60,790 bases of DNA from positions 1 through 60,790 of IMG/VR virus record IMGVR_UViG_3300005253_000580; one strand, written 5' to 3'. The notes under the pieces were generated by a model. It had not been told where the DNA came from. It saw only the letters and a list, made by a program, of their open reading frames with translations, and searched no databases. The translations under genes were made by a program, and so were the position numbers. Positions 42,125 through 52,064 of this stretch are shown here, piece after piece. The stretch comes from a virus. Positions within the stretch are counted from its first letter, which is position 1; every line of letters begins with the position of its first letter.

Positions 42125-43450
42125 TCATCTCACACGCGTTATACCAATAGGTATGACGCTACCCGCCCCAAGAATCGTGAGTAAATTACTTTCAATGCGT
42201 GTAAAGGCGACCCAATCTGTAGTGCGGTATACCCGTATGCCCGGGGCATCATCTCCGAGAGCGTTATATTGTGTTTTGCTCAGGGGAATACCAATCTGAA
42301 TCCTCGGTGCTGCGGCTGCATCGAAAGTATCACCCCCGTCCGTACTCTTTGCACGCTGAAACCCCAGCCCTGCTACTATCACAGCCTCATCATTTGGTGC
42401 AACCCCAAGCCAATCAGGACCGATACCTGGAGTCAAATCAGTCCAATCCACACCTGCATTTGTGCTTATAAATAGAAGCCCACCGGTGTCACGGTAGGCC
42501 ATTACAATATCGTCATCTGGATTGGCGCTCTGAGGAAGCACCAACTCATACGCAATAGCAGTTTGGGTTAGGCTACCCGCATCAACCTTGGAAAATGAGT
42601 GCGCCTCATCATCAGATCGATATATTTGGGATTCATTTGCGCTATTAGAATCCCGTAATGCACAATAGACCCTTGTATTATCATGAAGCCCCCACACAGC
42701 GTTATAAGGAGGATCGATTGAGGCTACAACTGCACCGCCACCAGCCAATAGAACCGCGGTCCAGGTATCCCCTTGATCATGACTATGGAAGAAATATACA
42801 AGCTCGTCACTGCCGTCGAAGAAGGAAACAGCGATGCCTACAATACCAGTTTGCGACAATGTAGGTGCCGCCATCAAAAATGCACTGGAAATCGTCTTAC
42901 CTGTGGCACTTTCAACCCCAGCTTTATCCAGCACTTTGGTCCACGCAACACCAGTCAAAATCGCGCTATTTCGCCATAACTCGGGCTCAAATGATGCATT
43001 CTCCAATGTAAGCCAATGACGATCAGGCGTTGTGGGATCTTGCGCTAGAGCATGGAAATGAGCTTGTGTAGTTCCATCCGAGGGTAAGCCAGAACTATTT
43101 TCGGTCCACGTTATATCCGCAGCGCCTGCATCAGGAGTGGGTGTATAAAACACTCTCGGCGCTGTGGTTGTAACATCCCCAATGTAAATGTAAAGAAGCA
43201 ACCTGGCGCGGCGAGGCGATGGAATAAAGAGTTGTTTGCCCCCCTCCACACGACGAGCCACAGCGAAATCACCAGTCGCATAATCGCGAGGTGTATCAGT
43301 ATCTCCCGACTGACTCAGCACCTCGATATTCCGCCCCTGGACCCATGCTCGGTAGCCATAGCCACTCGCCAAGTCTTCAGCTATGGTCACGGGCTGGAAC
43401 ACCGGCAACCGTGGCCGGCGGATGGGCGGGATGAAGGGATAGCGGCTCAT
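42125..43450 (-). CDS. BNR/Asp-box repeat (sialidase-like beta-propeller) tail-module protein
   Basis: Asp-boxes SHDQGDTW and STDGGDTF, plus degenerate STNAGVDW and RSDDEAHSF. GC is visibly lower than the flanks. Confidence 0.65.
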   Translation of the reverse strand: MSRYPFIPPIRRPRLPVFQPVTIAEDLASGYGYRAWVQGRNIEVLSQSGDTDTPRDYATGDFAVARRVEGGKQLFIPSPRRARLLLYIYIGDVTTTAPRVFYTPTPDAGAADITWTENSSGLPSDGTTQAHFHALAQDPTTPDRHWLTLENASFEPELWRNSAILTGVAWTKVLDKAGVESATGKTISSAFLMAAPTLSQTGIVGIAVSFFDGSDELVYFFHSHDQGDTWTAVLLAGGGAVVASIDPPYNAVWGLHDNTRVYCALRDSNSANESQIYRSDDEAHSFSKVDAGSLTQTAIAYELVLPQSANPDDDIVMAYRDTGGLLFISTNAGVDWTDLTPGIGPDWLGVAPNDEAVIVAGLGFQRAKSTDGGDTFDAAAAPRIQIGIPLSKTQYNALGDDAPGIRVYRTTDWVAFTRIESNLLTILGAGSVIPIGITRVR

Positions 43451-45318
43451 TAGTAAGCCACCGTCGAACTCTTATCGAGCGCTCCCGACATGATAGTGTT
43501 CTCCGGGCGCTGGTTAACAAGGTGCAGACTACACCTCCAGCCTTCCTGGGCCGACCACAGATAATCCCAACCAATGGTGATATAGTCCTCCTCATGGATG
43601 CCCAGCACGCGCCGATCCAGCACCCGCATTTCTATCCCGTGCTCGATCCAATCCTGGCCCAGCATAGAGACGACTATGCTGTTCAACTCACGGTTGGCGG
43701 CTCGGTACCACAGGTGCCCTATGCGCCGCGTGGTGCCCCCCGTACCATTGATCTCTCCGATCGTCTGAGCCACCCGCGCATTGCGCGAGATACGGGCTCC
43801 GTATGGCGGGACGGGTACTGGGGGGTCTACCTCGGCGAACCCCGCAAATTCGGAATGTTCAACCCTAGTGACAACCTGAGCCGTCATGCCCAGATTGGTC
43901 TCCGCCCAATCAAGGGCTACTATTTCATCCGAACTTAGATAGTAGGTAGGAGTGCCAGTGCCGAAGTCAAAATCCTGAACCTCTACCCGCCCAGGATTAG
44001 CGCTCCCAGCATTCCGCGTGATAGCCATCACGGAGTCGTCGGCTATCTCCTGAAGAGCATCTATGGCGCTCTCACCGAGCACCTGCCAGGTGCGTGGTTT
44101 CAAAAGCATGGTGCCCACATTGTAGTCGGCGGCGACAAGGCCACCGAGGTCCATCATGCGCTCCATGATCTCCTTGGTCGTCTTGTTCATTTCCGCCCCC
44201 GTAATAGGGGTACCGTTGTCTGACCAGCCCTGGACAATATGGGCCATCTGCAAGAGGCGCCGGTTCTTATCCCGTGCCGTCATGCGGAGAACATCCTGGC
44301 CAGATTGGGAAATGATCTGTGGCTCATCCAAGAGCCCGCGAAAGACTTCCTTCCATGAAGTCCAGCGAGCGCCGTCGCCCTGGCGGCTCTCTATCCGTAC
44401 CTCACGATTGAGCCATTGATAGCCGGCGAACATATTGGATCGGTGCCCCGGCCCCTGGCTATCCCCAATGATGCCAGTGATGTGCCCGCCCGCTGCCATG
44501 TCAAGAACTGCTTGATCTACGCCATTGCGTTCATGAGTGCTGATCTGCAATCCCTGGAGCCAGGGAAGGAACCCCCAGGTCTCGCCACTCTCTATCGTGG
44601 TATCTCTGTCACTCCATTCCGGGAAGCCCTCGCTCTCGTTGGAGTCCAGGTTCACATCCACGCGAGCAACATTGATCTGTGACCAGTCAGTGCTCTCCTG
44701 ATCCTGGACTCGCCCGTTGCCGATAGCGAAGACCCAGGCGTGACGGTTAGTGGCGTCAATCGTCCCCTTGCTGACGGTATCCCGTTTGAGTTCATACGTT
44801 GCATTGGCAAGGTTCGTCGCCGGCACGTAGATGAATTCATAATCATGTGAGGTCGTATGGCTCGCCCCCAGATTCTCAATCTCTGTCAGCGTTGGCATGT
44901 GGATGCTATAGCCCTCCGCCACATCATTGTTGATAGTGACGATGGCATCGGCATTCTGTAGATCGATGATCTGGAACTTGGTGCCGAAGCCCCCTACGGT
45001 GGTATAGTCCATCGTCCATTCGAGGGTGTAGCCGATGGACCGATCGAACGGGAATGTCTTTCCGGCTCTCGACCACACAATGGGATACCCATTATCCGCA
45101 GCACCGACACTCAGTGAGAGTTTACCGGCGGCGACGGTTATGACGCCATTCGGCGGAGTAATGCTGTCAAACAGATCGTCATCCAGGGAGCCGCCCCCAA
45201 ACTCATCCACAAAGTTCTGGGTAGCCTTGGCGCGGTCAAGGCGGATACGCACCCGCACATCGGAGAACTTGTGCGGGCTGGCGTATATCTCTCGCTCAAC
45301 GCCAGTGGGAACAGCCAT
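43450..45318 (-). CDS. Large distal tail / baseplate-like protein (by position)
   Basis: 622 aa, third gene after the tape measure, with 1-nt overlaps. Confidence 0.5.
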   Translation of the reverse strand: MAVPTGVEREIYASPHKFSDVRVRIRLDRAKATQNFVDEFGGGSLDDDLFDSITPPNGVITVAAGKLSLSVGAADNGYPIVWSRAGKTFPFDRSIGYTLEWTMDYTTVGGFGTKFQIIDLQNADAIVTINNDVAEGYSIHMPTLTEIENLGASHTTSHDYEFIYVPATNLANATYELKRDTVSKGTIDATNRHAWVFAIGNGRVQDQESTDWSQINVARVDVNLDSNESEGFPEWSDRDTTIESGETWGFLPWLQGLQISTHERNGVDQAVLDMAAGGHITGIIGDSQGPGHRSNMFAGYQWLNREVRIESRQGDGARWTSWKEVFRGLLDEPQIISQSGQDVLRMTARDKNRRLLQMAHIVQGWSDNGTPITGAEMNKTTKEIMERMMDLGGLVAADYNVGTMLLKPRTWQVLGESAIDALQEIADDSVMAITRNAGSANPGRVEVQDFDFGTGTPTYYLSSDEIVALDWAETNLGMTAQVVTRVEHSEFAGFAEVDPPVPVPPYGARISRNARVAQTIGEINGTGGTTRRIGHLWYRAANRELNSIVVSMLGQDWIEHGIEMRVLDRRVLGIHEEDYITIGWDYLWSAQEGWRCSLHLVNQRPENTIMSGALDKSSTVAY

Positions 45319-45698
45319 TACACATCGTCCATGAAGAAGACAACCACGGCCCAGATTTCAGCGTCCGCTGGGTTGGTGCTGATAGCATCAGCATCCAGAT
45401 CAATCACGTCATCCTTGGCAAAGGAGGCGTTGGTGGTGTCCACCACCTGGCCTTCCAGTAGCTTCGTGCCACTGTCTACCTCGAAGGCTCCTACCGTGGA
45501 GAGGATGTCTTTGTTGCCATCGGTTTCATTCCGGAGTTGGAAATCAGTGCTCGTACCGCCCCCACTGCCGAGGGTCGTCATGTAGCCGCCGACTTCGATG
45601 ATCTCCCCAGCGTAGGGCATTTCCTTTGACCACTTCCCGTTCGCAACGGTGATGGTCCCATTGGCTTTCCACCGGACGATAGCTCGTTGTGCAATCAT
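45318..45698 (-). CDS. Tail-module protein sharing a domain with 45700..46413
   Basis: MPYAGEIIEVGGY...GAFEVDSGTKLLEGQVV...DDVIDLDADAI versus MPAGGRILKVKGF...GDFVVASATGLLENQVL...NDTLELDVDGI. Confidence 0.5.
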   Translation of the reverse strand: MIAQRAIVRWKANGTITVANGKWSKEMPYAGEIIEVGGYMTTLGSGGGTSTDFQLRNETDGNKDILSTVGAFEVDSGTKLLEGQVVDTTNASFAKDDVIDLDADAISTNPADAEIWAVVVFFMDDV

Positions 45699-45699
45699 G

Positions 45700-46413
45700 T
45701 TAGGCTCCGTACATTATGGTAAAAACGGTGACTAGAAGTTCTTTGCTATCGGAGTTCCCAGGAATCCCATCCACGTCAAGCTCAAGCGTGTCGTTGCGGT
45801 CGAAGGTAGGGCTGGCCGCTAGCACCTGATTCTCCAGGAGCCCCGTCGCCGACGCCACTACGAAGTCGCCCCGTGTGGTCAGATAGTCCGTGGCTCCGTT
45901 GGAGACCTGGATGCGTGTCTGGCCCGCACCCGTTCCCACATCCTCAATGAAGCCTTTCACCTTCAGGATGCGACCGCCCGCTGGCATCTTGATCTTGGCC
46001 TTGCCGTCCCCCGTAACGATGGTGCCATCGATGTAGAACTCCCACACTGCCAATGCGGGGAAGGGGTTGTATTCCTCGAAGTCCAGGCTGAAGGTCTCTA
46101 CCACGCCCCCATCACCCTGTCCCACAGATATGAGGGGGATGACGACGTTACGATGATAGAGCCCCGTACCCCCCTCCTTCGTGAAGGACAGAACATGGCG
46201 AGCAATCATCCCTCGCTTGGCGCGGAGCTCAGCTATCGCCGCTATGACGGCGTTCTGTTCGCCCCATGTTGCTGAGATTACACCCGGTATGAGCAGTACC
46301 TGGATGATCTTCCCGTGAGCCGAAGTTGGTGTAGACACCACAGCAGGCTCGCCAATCCGCCAACGGGCAGGAGGATTGGTCATGGCAACGTTGTCGATCT
46401 TGAAGTCGGGCAT
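45700..46413 (-). CDS. Distal-tail-position protein (first gene after the tape measure)
   Basis: 237 aa with a 1-nt overlap to the TMP stop. Confidence 0.5.
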   Translation of the reverse strand: MPDFKIDNVAMTNPPARWRIGEPAVVSTPTSAHGKIIQVLLIPGVISATWGEQNAVIAAIAELRAKRGMIARHVLSFTKEGGTGLYHRNVVIPLISVGQGDGGVVETFSLDFEEYNPFPALAVWEFYIDGTIVTGDGKAKIKMPAGGRILKVKGFIEDVGTGAGQTRIQVSNGATDYLTTRGDFVVASATGLLENQVLAASPTFDRNDTLELDVDGIPGNSDSKELLVTVFTIMYGA

Positions 46414-49010
46414 TAGAATATCGGCTTGGGCCGAATAAGATCACGGAGACGCGGTTCCACAGCAAACTTATCCAGCACCTCGCGTGGCGACCCACCCATG
46501 ATATTGATAGTGACGTTGCGGTTATCGGTAGCGTTGGAGATATTGGGTGAAATGCTGCCATTCGTTCGGGGGATGAATAACTCAGGGCCTCGCTCACCCA
46601 CCAGGAACGGGCGGCCAGCGCTCACAGGGCCGCCGTGCTCACGGGGAGTGGGAGGAGCACCAGGACCAAGCACAAACCCAACCCCTGCCATCTGTTCCAG
46701 GAACTGTAGATAGGTCTCGGCTTGCTGATTCACCTTCGCCCACTCGCCGCCCAATTCCACTACGGCAGGTAGGGCGAAGCGGCTCATCTGTGCATCTGTC
46801 TTTTGTACGCGGGTGAGAAATTCCCCCGTGATGTCACGGATTTCTACCCACCCGGATTTCAGAATGCCCAGTGATGGAAAGGTCGTGAAGCCCTGGAGCA
46901 TCTCAACATCCGCCACTATGAGCCCCATTGCCTCCGCCGCTATACGGATGTCCTCAACCGTGGTCGCCTCCAGGCTCAGAAGCGTGTCCAGCTTCTCTTG
47001 CACTGTCATCTCCTGAATAGAATTGACGAGACGGTCTATCATCCGGTTCGCCGGGTCGAAGGCGATCTCCCCCCTGAGCCGCACAATATCCATCTGGCGG
47101 CGTAGCTCTTTGAGTTGATTCTCTAGGGGTTCAATGCCCTCAGCACCCCGCCCCCCAGCCTCAGCGATGGCAAGCTGGAGCTTCTTGGCGTCAATGCTCA
47201 TGCGGAAGAGCTCGTCTCCAACTGCCGTCTCGCCGAATAGAGGAATGTCCGCAATGGCACGGATGATGTCCTGGAGCTCGCGGGCTTGATCAATAGGAGG
47301 GCCAAGGTCTGGGGGCGGGGGTGGTGAGGGAGGCGGGGGTATCTCTTCCATTTCACGTCTTAGATTCTTGGCCCCATCGATCCAGCGCTGCATGGGATCT
47401 TCCCCGTCAGCCCTACCAAGATTCCGCCTAAATCTATTGAACTTTTCAGTGAGTCGATCAATGATCGCGCCCCCCTCAATCTCCAGGTTCTTGAGTTGCT
47501 TGAGTTCAGGCAGATCAAACCCCGGAATCTGATTGAGGAAAATGCGCAGCTCCTGGTATGCCCTGATAAAGTCATTGATGGAATCAATAACTCTATTCAC
47601 CATAATGCCGAAAAGGTTGATGACCGCAGCAGCCATCGCCTTGAAGAATCCCAGGATATTCCCCGCCACGGTCTCTACTATGCCCTGTATATCGCCCCAG
47701 TTATTGCGCCATGCTTTCACGAAGAGGAAGACGGCTGCTGTGATGGCGGCAAGCGCAAGTGTGATAGGCAGGAAGGCCAGTGCTGTAGCAATAGCTGCCC
47801 TGATCGCTGCCGCTTGCATGATCCCAAAGGCTATCGCCGCACCCGCCGTCATGACCCCAATGGTTACCCCAATCTCAACCATATTATCAGCCAAGAGTTC
47901 AATGGCATTGATGATAGGGCTGGGGTCAAAGCTGGTCGCAAACTCTATCATGCGCTCAATCAAGGGTGATAGGATGGGGAGTAGCTTGGTTCCGATCTCT
48001 ATAAACACAACCTGAATGGCTGCCGCTAGCCGCTCCATCTGACGATTGAAGCCTGCGTTGATGGTATTGAACGCCTCGGTTGCGGCACCAGCGGAGGTCA
48101 TGGCGGCTTCATAGTCTGCTGCGAATTTCCCTGCACCCTCACCCGTGAGAGCCAATACTGCCTGCAAGGCTTCTACTGACCCAAAGAGTTTGGCCATCTT
48201 TGTTATATTCCCACCCGTAGCCTTATCTACATCTTGAAGAAGGCCGACCAGCCCCTTGGCTTCTAGGCCCTCAGCATTAAATGCGATGCCCAGATCCGTG
48301 GCCAGTTCAATAGCCTGAGATGAAGGCGTGATAATATTTGCAATTGCCTGCCGCAATGCAGACGTAGCAACTCTTGCAGGTATATTCTGCTTCGTCATTG
48401 TTGTTATGGCCGCCGCGACCTCTTCAATACTGATACCAGTGGAAGCAGCAATGGGGGCGACCACAGCGATGCTTCGAGTAAGCTCTTCAAAGGTTACTAC
48501 TCCACCCTTCACTGTTGTAAAGAGAATGTCAGCTATTCGCTGAGCATCCGACATTGGGAGGCTGAAGGCATTGATGACTCCCGTCAAAGCTGTTACGGCC
48601 ACTTCTGTTTCGGTCACACCTGCAATCGCTGCCTTAGTGGCGACCTCCATAAATTCAAAGACGTTCTCAGCGGGCACACCGGCTGAGATGGCTTGATACA
48701 ACGCCTTGGTAGACTCGATAGCGTCCACGCCCAATGCCTTCGAGAGCGCCAGTGTCTTCTCGGTGAGTGATTCTATCTGCCTCTCGCCATCCGGCAATAG
48801 AGAGGCGACCTCACGAATACCCGCTTCAAAGTCACCTGCCATCTTGGTGGCTGTAGCGCCGAGGGCAATGACGGCAGCACCAACGGCAGCGACGGGAATA
48901 GCCAGGTTCTTGATGGTGCGACCGAGCGTCTCAGTAGAACGACTGGCCTTCTGCATCTCCCTTGAGAGATTGCCAGTAGCATTGATGACAACTTCGACTT
49001 TCTCGGCCAT
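46413..49010 (-). CDS. Tail tape measure protein
   Basis: 865 aa. N-terminal core ...ATKMAGDFEAGIREVASLL..., long helical/TM-rich middle. Preceded by the G/G-T chaperones. Confidence 0.85.
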   Translation of the reverse strand: MAEKVEVVINATGNLSREMQKASRSTETLGRTIKNLAIPVAAVGAAVIALGATATKMAGDFEAGIREVASLLPDGERQIESLTEKTLALSKALGVDAIESTKALYQAISAGVPAENVFEFMEVATKAAIAGVTETEVAVTALTGVINAFSLPMSDAQRIADILFTTVKGGVVTFEELTRSIAVVAPIAASTGISIEEVAAAITTMTKQNIPARVATSALRQAIANIITPSSQAIELATDLGIAFNAEGLEAKGLVGLLQDVDKATGGNITKMAKLFGSVEALQAVLALTGEGAGKFAADYEAAMTSAGAATEAFNTINAGFNRQMERLAAAIQVVFIEIGTKLLPILSPLIERMIEFATSFDPSPIINAIELLADNMVEIGVTIGVMTAGAAIAFGIMQAAAIRAAIATALAFLPITLALAAITAAVFLFVKAWRNNWGDIQGIVETVAGNILGFFKAMAAAVINLFGIMVNRVIDSINDFIRAYQELRIFLNQIPGFDLPELKQLKNLEIEGGAIIDRLTEKFNRFRRNLGRADGEDPMQRWIDGAKNLRREMEEIPPPPSPPPPPDLGPPIDQARELQDIIRAIADIPLFGETAVGDELFRMSIDAKKLQLAIAEAGGRGAEGIEPLENQLKELRRQMDIVRLRGEIAFDPANRMIDRLVNSIQEMTVQEKLDTLLSLEATTVEDIRIAAEAMGLIVADVEMLQGFTTFPSLGILKSGWVEIRDITGEFLTRVQKTDAQMSRFALPAVVELGGEWAKVNQQAETYLQFLEQMAGVGFVLGPGAPPTPREHGGPVSAGRPFLVGERGPELFIPRTNGSISPNISNATDNRNVTINIMGGSPREVLDKFAVEPRLRDLIRPKPIF

Positions 49011-49231
49011 TAGATCAAGCTGTCCTTATCGCGGGGCTTGCGGTTCCGCTCTGTGTTGAACGCAGCCCACCGCTGCACCCATATCTCTGGTACCCGATCT
49101 TCTATTTCCCAGGGGGGGATGTGCCATTCTGATGCCAACAACAAATCCATTAGCCAGTCAGGACCGGCTCCGTGCCCTCGGAGGGCAAGGGTGAGTTGTT
49201 GGCGTTCTCCGGGGGGACCTCTGCGCCCCAT
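49010..49231 (-). CDS. Tail assembly chaperone, -1 frame extension (T part of G-T)
   Basis: Open in the -1 frame relative to 49150..49431, overlaps it by 82 nt, and ends at the TMP start. Confidence 0.6.
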   Translation of the reverse strand: MGRRGPPGERQQLTLALRGHGAGPDWLMDLLLASEWHIPPWEIEDRVPEIWVQRWAAFNTERNRKPRDKDSLI

Positions 49232-49431
49232 GTCACGCCCGCTAGAAGAGCATCGAATTGCTCTGCTGAGATATTATCTAGTGCCTCTTCGATTGGCGTT
49301 CCGTCATCTGTTTTGAGTCTCGGCAGCAGTAGTTCTTCTACGGCCTCGAACACATCCACGACTTCATGCCACCCCGCCGTATCGTCCTCACGCTTTTCCT
49401 GTAGCGTATTGAGACGTTTGGCGAGTGCCAT
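49150..49431 (-). CDS. Tail assembly chaperone (G-like)
   Basis: 93-aa acidic protein between the major tail protein and the TMP. Confidence 0.6.
   Translation of the reverse strand: MALAKRLNTLQEKREDDTAGWHEVVDVFEAVEELLLPRLKTDDGTPIEEALDNISAEQFDALLAGVTWGAEVPPENANNSPLPSEGTEPVLTG
49210..49216 (-). promoter_or_regulatory. Candidate -1 programmed frameshift slippery heptamer C CCC CCG
   Basis: In the G frame ...GTC CCC CCG GAG.... A -1 slip continues GGA GAA CGC... into ORF 49010..49231. Confidence 0.5.
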
Positions 49432-49543
49432 GAACTGCTTCCTGGCCTTGTATGACCCTGGCTTCGTTGGGTCAATAGGCTCTACTATTAACTTTGTGAT
49501 GTCTGGCCTCCTTCTGGCCTTTTGGGCACACGTTCTTTAGCTC

Positions 49544-50551
49544 CTACGTCGTACTGGATGAGCCATTTTGCACATTCATCGCGAGCCAGTTGCCCAGCCC
49601 CGTGCTGTAGCGCCCCATGAAGGTGAACTCAACCGTCATGTTGCCATCACGGTCGCCATACAGCAGTTCCCCCTCGGTCTTGATACCGGCGAAGTCGATG
49701 TTGAACTCCTTGTATTCCGATGAGGTGCCCTGGCTTGCCTCAAGCCTGATCTGCCTACTCACCGCAGCGCCGGTGGAGCCGAGCAACTCATCAACAAGGG
49801 CCTTGGCGTTGCTGTTGAATTCGGCGATGAACTTCAGCGTGCCCTCGAACTTGCCGTCCCCCCAATCCGCCGGCGTGATGGCTCCAGCGAACTGCTTGAG
49901 GTGACGGTTAGTCTCCATGTCAAAGTCGAAGCTGATCAGCGTGTCGCTGACGATGTCGCCCGTCGCGCCGATGGTCCCCGTGGAGAATGCGCTGATGTAG
50001 AGTCGAGTGTCCGCCACCCGTACAGGGCGAACCGTTCGATCATCCAACCCCGTCGTTAGCTGCGAGGTAACGACAATCTGCTTCGCTATCCAGTCCACTC
50101 TGCCGTTCCAGAACCCCCCGGCCTCGCCGGTGATGTTGAAGTGTTTGGCAACAGAACCAAGGGCCTTGTAGGGTAGACCGCTTGTGCCGTACTCAATGCC
50201 ATAGGTGCGGACTACTTGCGTGCTGGTGATAGGCGCAGTGTATGGATAGTTGTATGGTGCCGTTGTCGTCGTTGAGGCTCCGATAGCAGTGAAGAACCCA
50301 TTGAGAATCCTCGGTGATTCCTCGTAGGTCATCACCAGATCCCAGGTAGCTTCGCCGGAATGGGCCTGCTCCTGCGCGACCGGCCCAGGGCCGAACCATC
50401 CCACCTGCGAGATAGGCTCAACGACGCTGACGATCTTGAGTGTGGCATCGGTGATACCATGTACCTTGATCGTCGCCGTGGCAGGAGCGGTCGAGGTTCC
50501 CCAGGATGGCTCCGTCGAGATCTGAACAATCTTTGCAGCGGTTGCTGGCAT
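49544..50551 (-). CDS. Major tail protein (by position)
   Basis: 335-aa protein immediately upstream of the chaperone pair. No sheath gene is present. Confidence 0.6.
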   Translation of the reverse strand: MPATAAKIVQISTEPSWGTSTAPATATIKVHGITDATLKIVSVVEPISQVGWFGPGPVAQEQAHSGEATWDLVMTYEESPRILNGFFTAIGASTTTTAPYNYPYTAPITSTQVVRTYGIEYGTSGLPYKALGSVAKHFNITGEAGGFWNGRVDWIAKQIVVTSQLTTGLDDRTVRPVRVADTRLYISAFSTGTIGATGDIVSDTLISFDFDMETNRHLKQFAGAITPADWGDGKFEGTLKFIAEFNSNAKALVDELLGSTGAAVSRQIRLEASQGTSSEYKEFNIDFAGIKTEGELLYGDRDGNMTVEFTFMGRYSTGLGNWLAMNVQNGSSSTT

Positions 50552-50563
50552 GATCTACCTCCT

Positions 50564-50989
50564 CTATGTCGTCTTGTCGGTTACTTCGAAACTTAGCTCG
50601 AATCCGTGATAGGTGAATCCGGCATATTCCATGTCTCCCCTTACCCCTGAATCGTGAATGTCCCGTATGTGGTCCACAGTGTTGTCGAGGCTGAGGTTGC
50701 CATTGAAGGTATCGCCCATAGCCTGGAGGATGGGGAGCACTTCCTGAAACCCTTCGTCTATGCCTATCCCCTGGGGGAGTGGCTTGACGTAGACCAATAT
50801 GCGATAGGTACGATCATGACGCTTCAAGCCCACGGCTTGCGGCCCCCAATCCGCCTCACCAGGGATGCAGATAGCCATAGGCAGTGAGACGCTATTGAGT
50901 GATGCTGGCACCACTGTGGGAGCCGAGGCAATGCCAGAGCTAGCAGCTGCAAGCTCCTGTATCTTCTCGTAGATCGCTAGAATGCTCAT
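50564..50989 (-). CDS. Head-tail joining / tail terminator-position protein
   Basis: 141 aa, lying between the connector and the major tail protein. Confidence 0.45.
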   Translation of the reverse strand: MSILAIYEKIQELAAASSGIASAPTVVPASLNSVSLPMAICIPGEADWGPQAVGLKRHDRTYRILVYVKPLPQGIGIDEGFQEVLPILQAMGDTFNGNLSLDNTVDHIRDIHDSGVRGDMEYAGFTYHGFELSFEVTDKTT

Positions 50990-51660
50990 ATGATGTGTGT
51001 ATGCGAGGTGATGATTCCCCGCTGTTCCAGAATGACTCTGACATGCTGGGGGAAGCCCTTCGGCACCGTGATGATTCCCAGTTCTGGAGTGGCCGTCACA
51101 TCGAATATCTGGCTATCCTTCGCTTTGTAGAGATAGGCAGCAAGCTCTAAGTTGGCCTGCACGATAGAAGCCGATGGTGCTGTGGACTTACCCCAGACAC
51201 CTAATATACTGATCTCCCCGTCCGTCTCGAATGCCCATTGCTCCGAGGTGCGGAGACGGATGTAGCGGTAAGGGGGATCATTCCGAGGCTCCAACCAATA
51301 CCCGGTAGAGCTGATGGTGTTGGTGTCACCGTTGGTCAGCGTTGTGATGGATAGGAGGTCACGGTCTAGCTTCAGGACACGGTAGCCCCGCACACCACTC
51401 CCAGGCCAATCCCAGGAGAAGCCGCCTACCCCGCCGCCAGGAAGTGAAGGGTTGGTGACCTGCGAACCCACGGGGATATCTCTCAGGGCATCACTCTTGT
51501 AGACTCGCGTGGCTGCGGAGGATTCGAAGACCGTGCCTGTAATGTCTTCAATCTCCTGCTGGGCCACAGTGAGAAACCGTTCCAAGAGATCATCATCGCC
51601 GGTCGTGCCGGTTGAAATGTCGAGGTAGATTTTCAACTCGGCAAGGGTGGTATATGCCAC
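50986..51660 (-). CDS. Head-tail connector (gp6-like N-terminus)
   Basis: MAYTTLAELKIYLDISTGTTGDDDLLERFLTVAQQEIEDITG. Confidence 0.6.
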   Translation of the reverse strand: MAYTTLAELKIYLDISTGTTGDDDLLERFLTVAQQEIEDITGTVFESSAATRVYKSDALRDIPVGSQVTNPSLPGGGVGGFSWDWPGSGVRGYRVLKLDRDLLSITTLTNGDTNTISSTGYWLEPRNDPPYRYIRLRTSEQWAFETDGEISILGVWGKSTAPSASIVQANLELAAYLYKAKDSQIFDVTATPELGIITVPKGFPQHVRVILEQRGIITSHTHII

Positions 51661-51672
51661 TGCGCCCCCCTC

Positions 51673-52056
51673 TCATTCGACAAAGAGCCTCAACGTCCCG
51701 GAAGTTGTGCCCGAGGTTGAACCACACGTCATTGTCACGGTAACCTTCTCGTTGAACAGGGGGAGCCTATCAGCCACAGCTCCTGTCGTAGCCGTATCCG
51801 AGGCAGTGCTTAGCACACCTACTGTTCGGGGGAACCACTGGCCATCAGCGCTGATATCAGCCTTCGAGAATAGTAGCAGCCCCGTGCGGTCGCCTGTGAT
51901 CTGGAGAAGCCCCTGGGTGCTCAGTGGCGTGCTAGTGGAAACCTCAAGTTGTACAGCATGGAGATAGCCATTGTAGGTCTTAGAAGACGATGCCGTGGCC
52001 GGCGAGGTGCTGGTCGTCGCCGTGAGCGTGATATCTTCGGATGTGATGTAGGCCAT
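51673..52056 (-). CDS. Hypothetical Ser/Thr-rich head-module protein
   Basis: 127-aa ORF. Confidence 0.5.
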   Translation of the reverse strand: MAYITSEDITLTATTSTSPATASSSKTYNGYLHAVQLEVSTSTPLSTQGLLQITGDRTGLLLFSKADISADGQWFPRTVGVLSTASDTATTGAVADRLPLFNEKVTVTMTCGSTSGTTSGTLRLFVE

Positions 52057-52064
52057 GCTTTACC

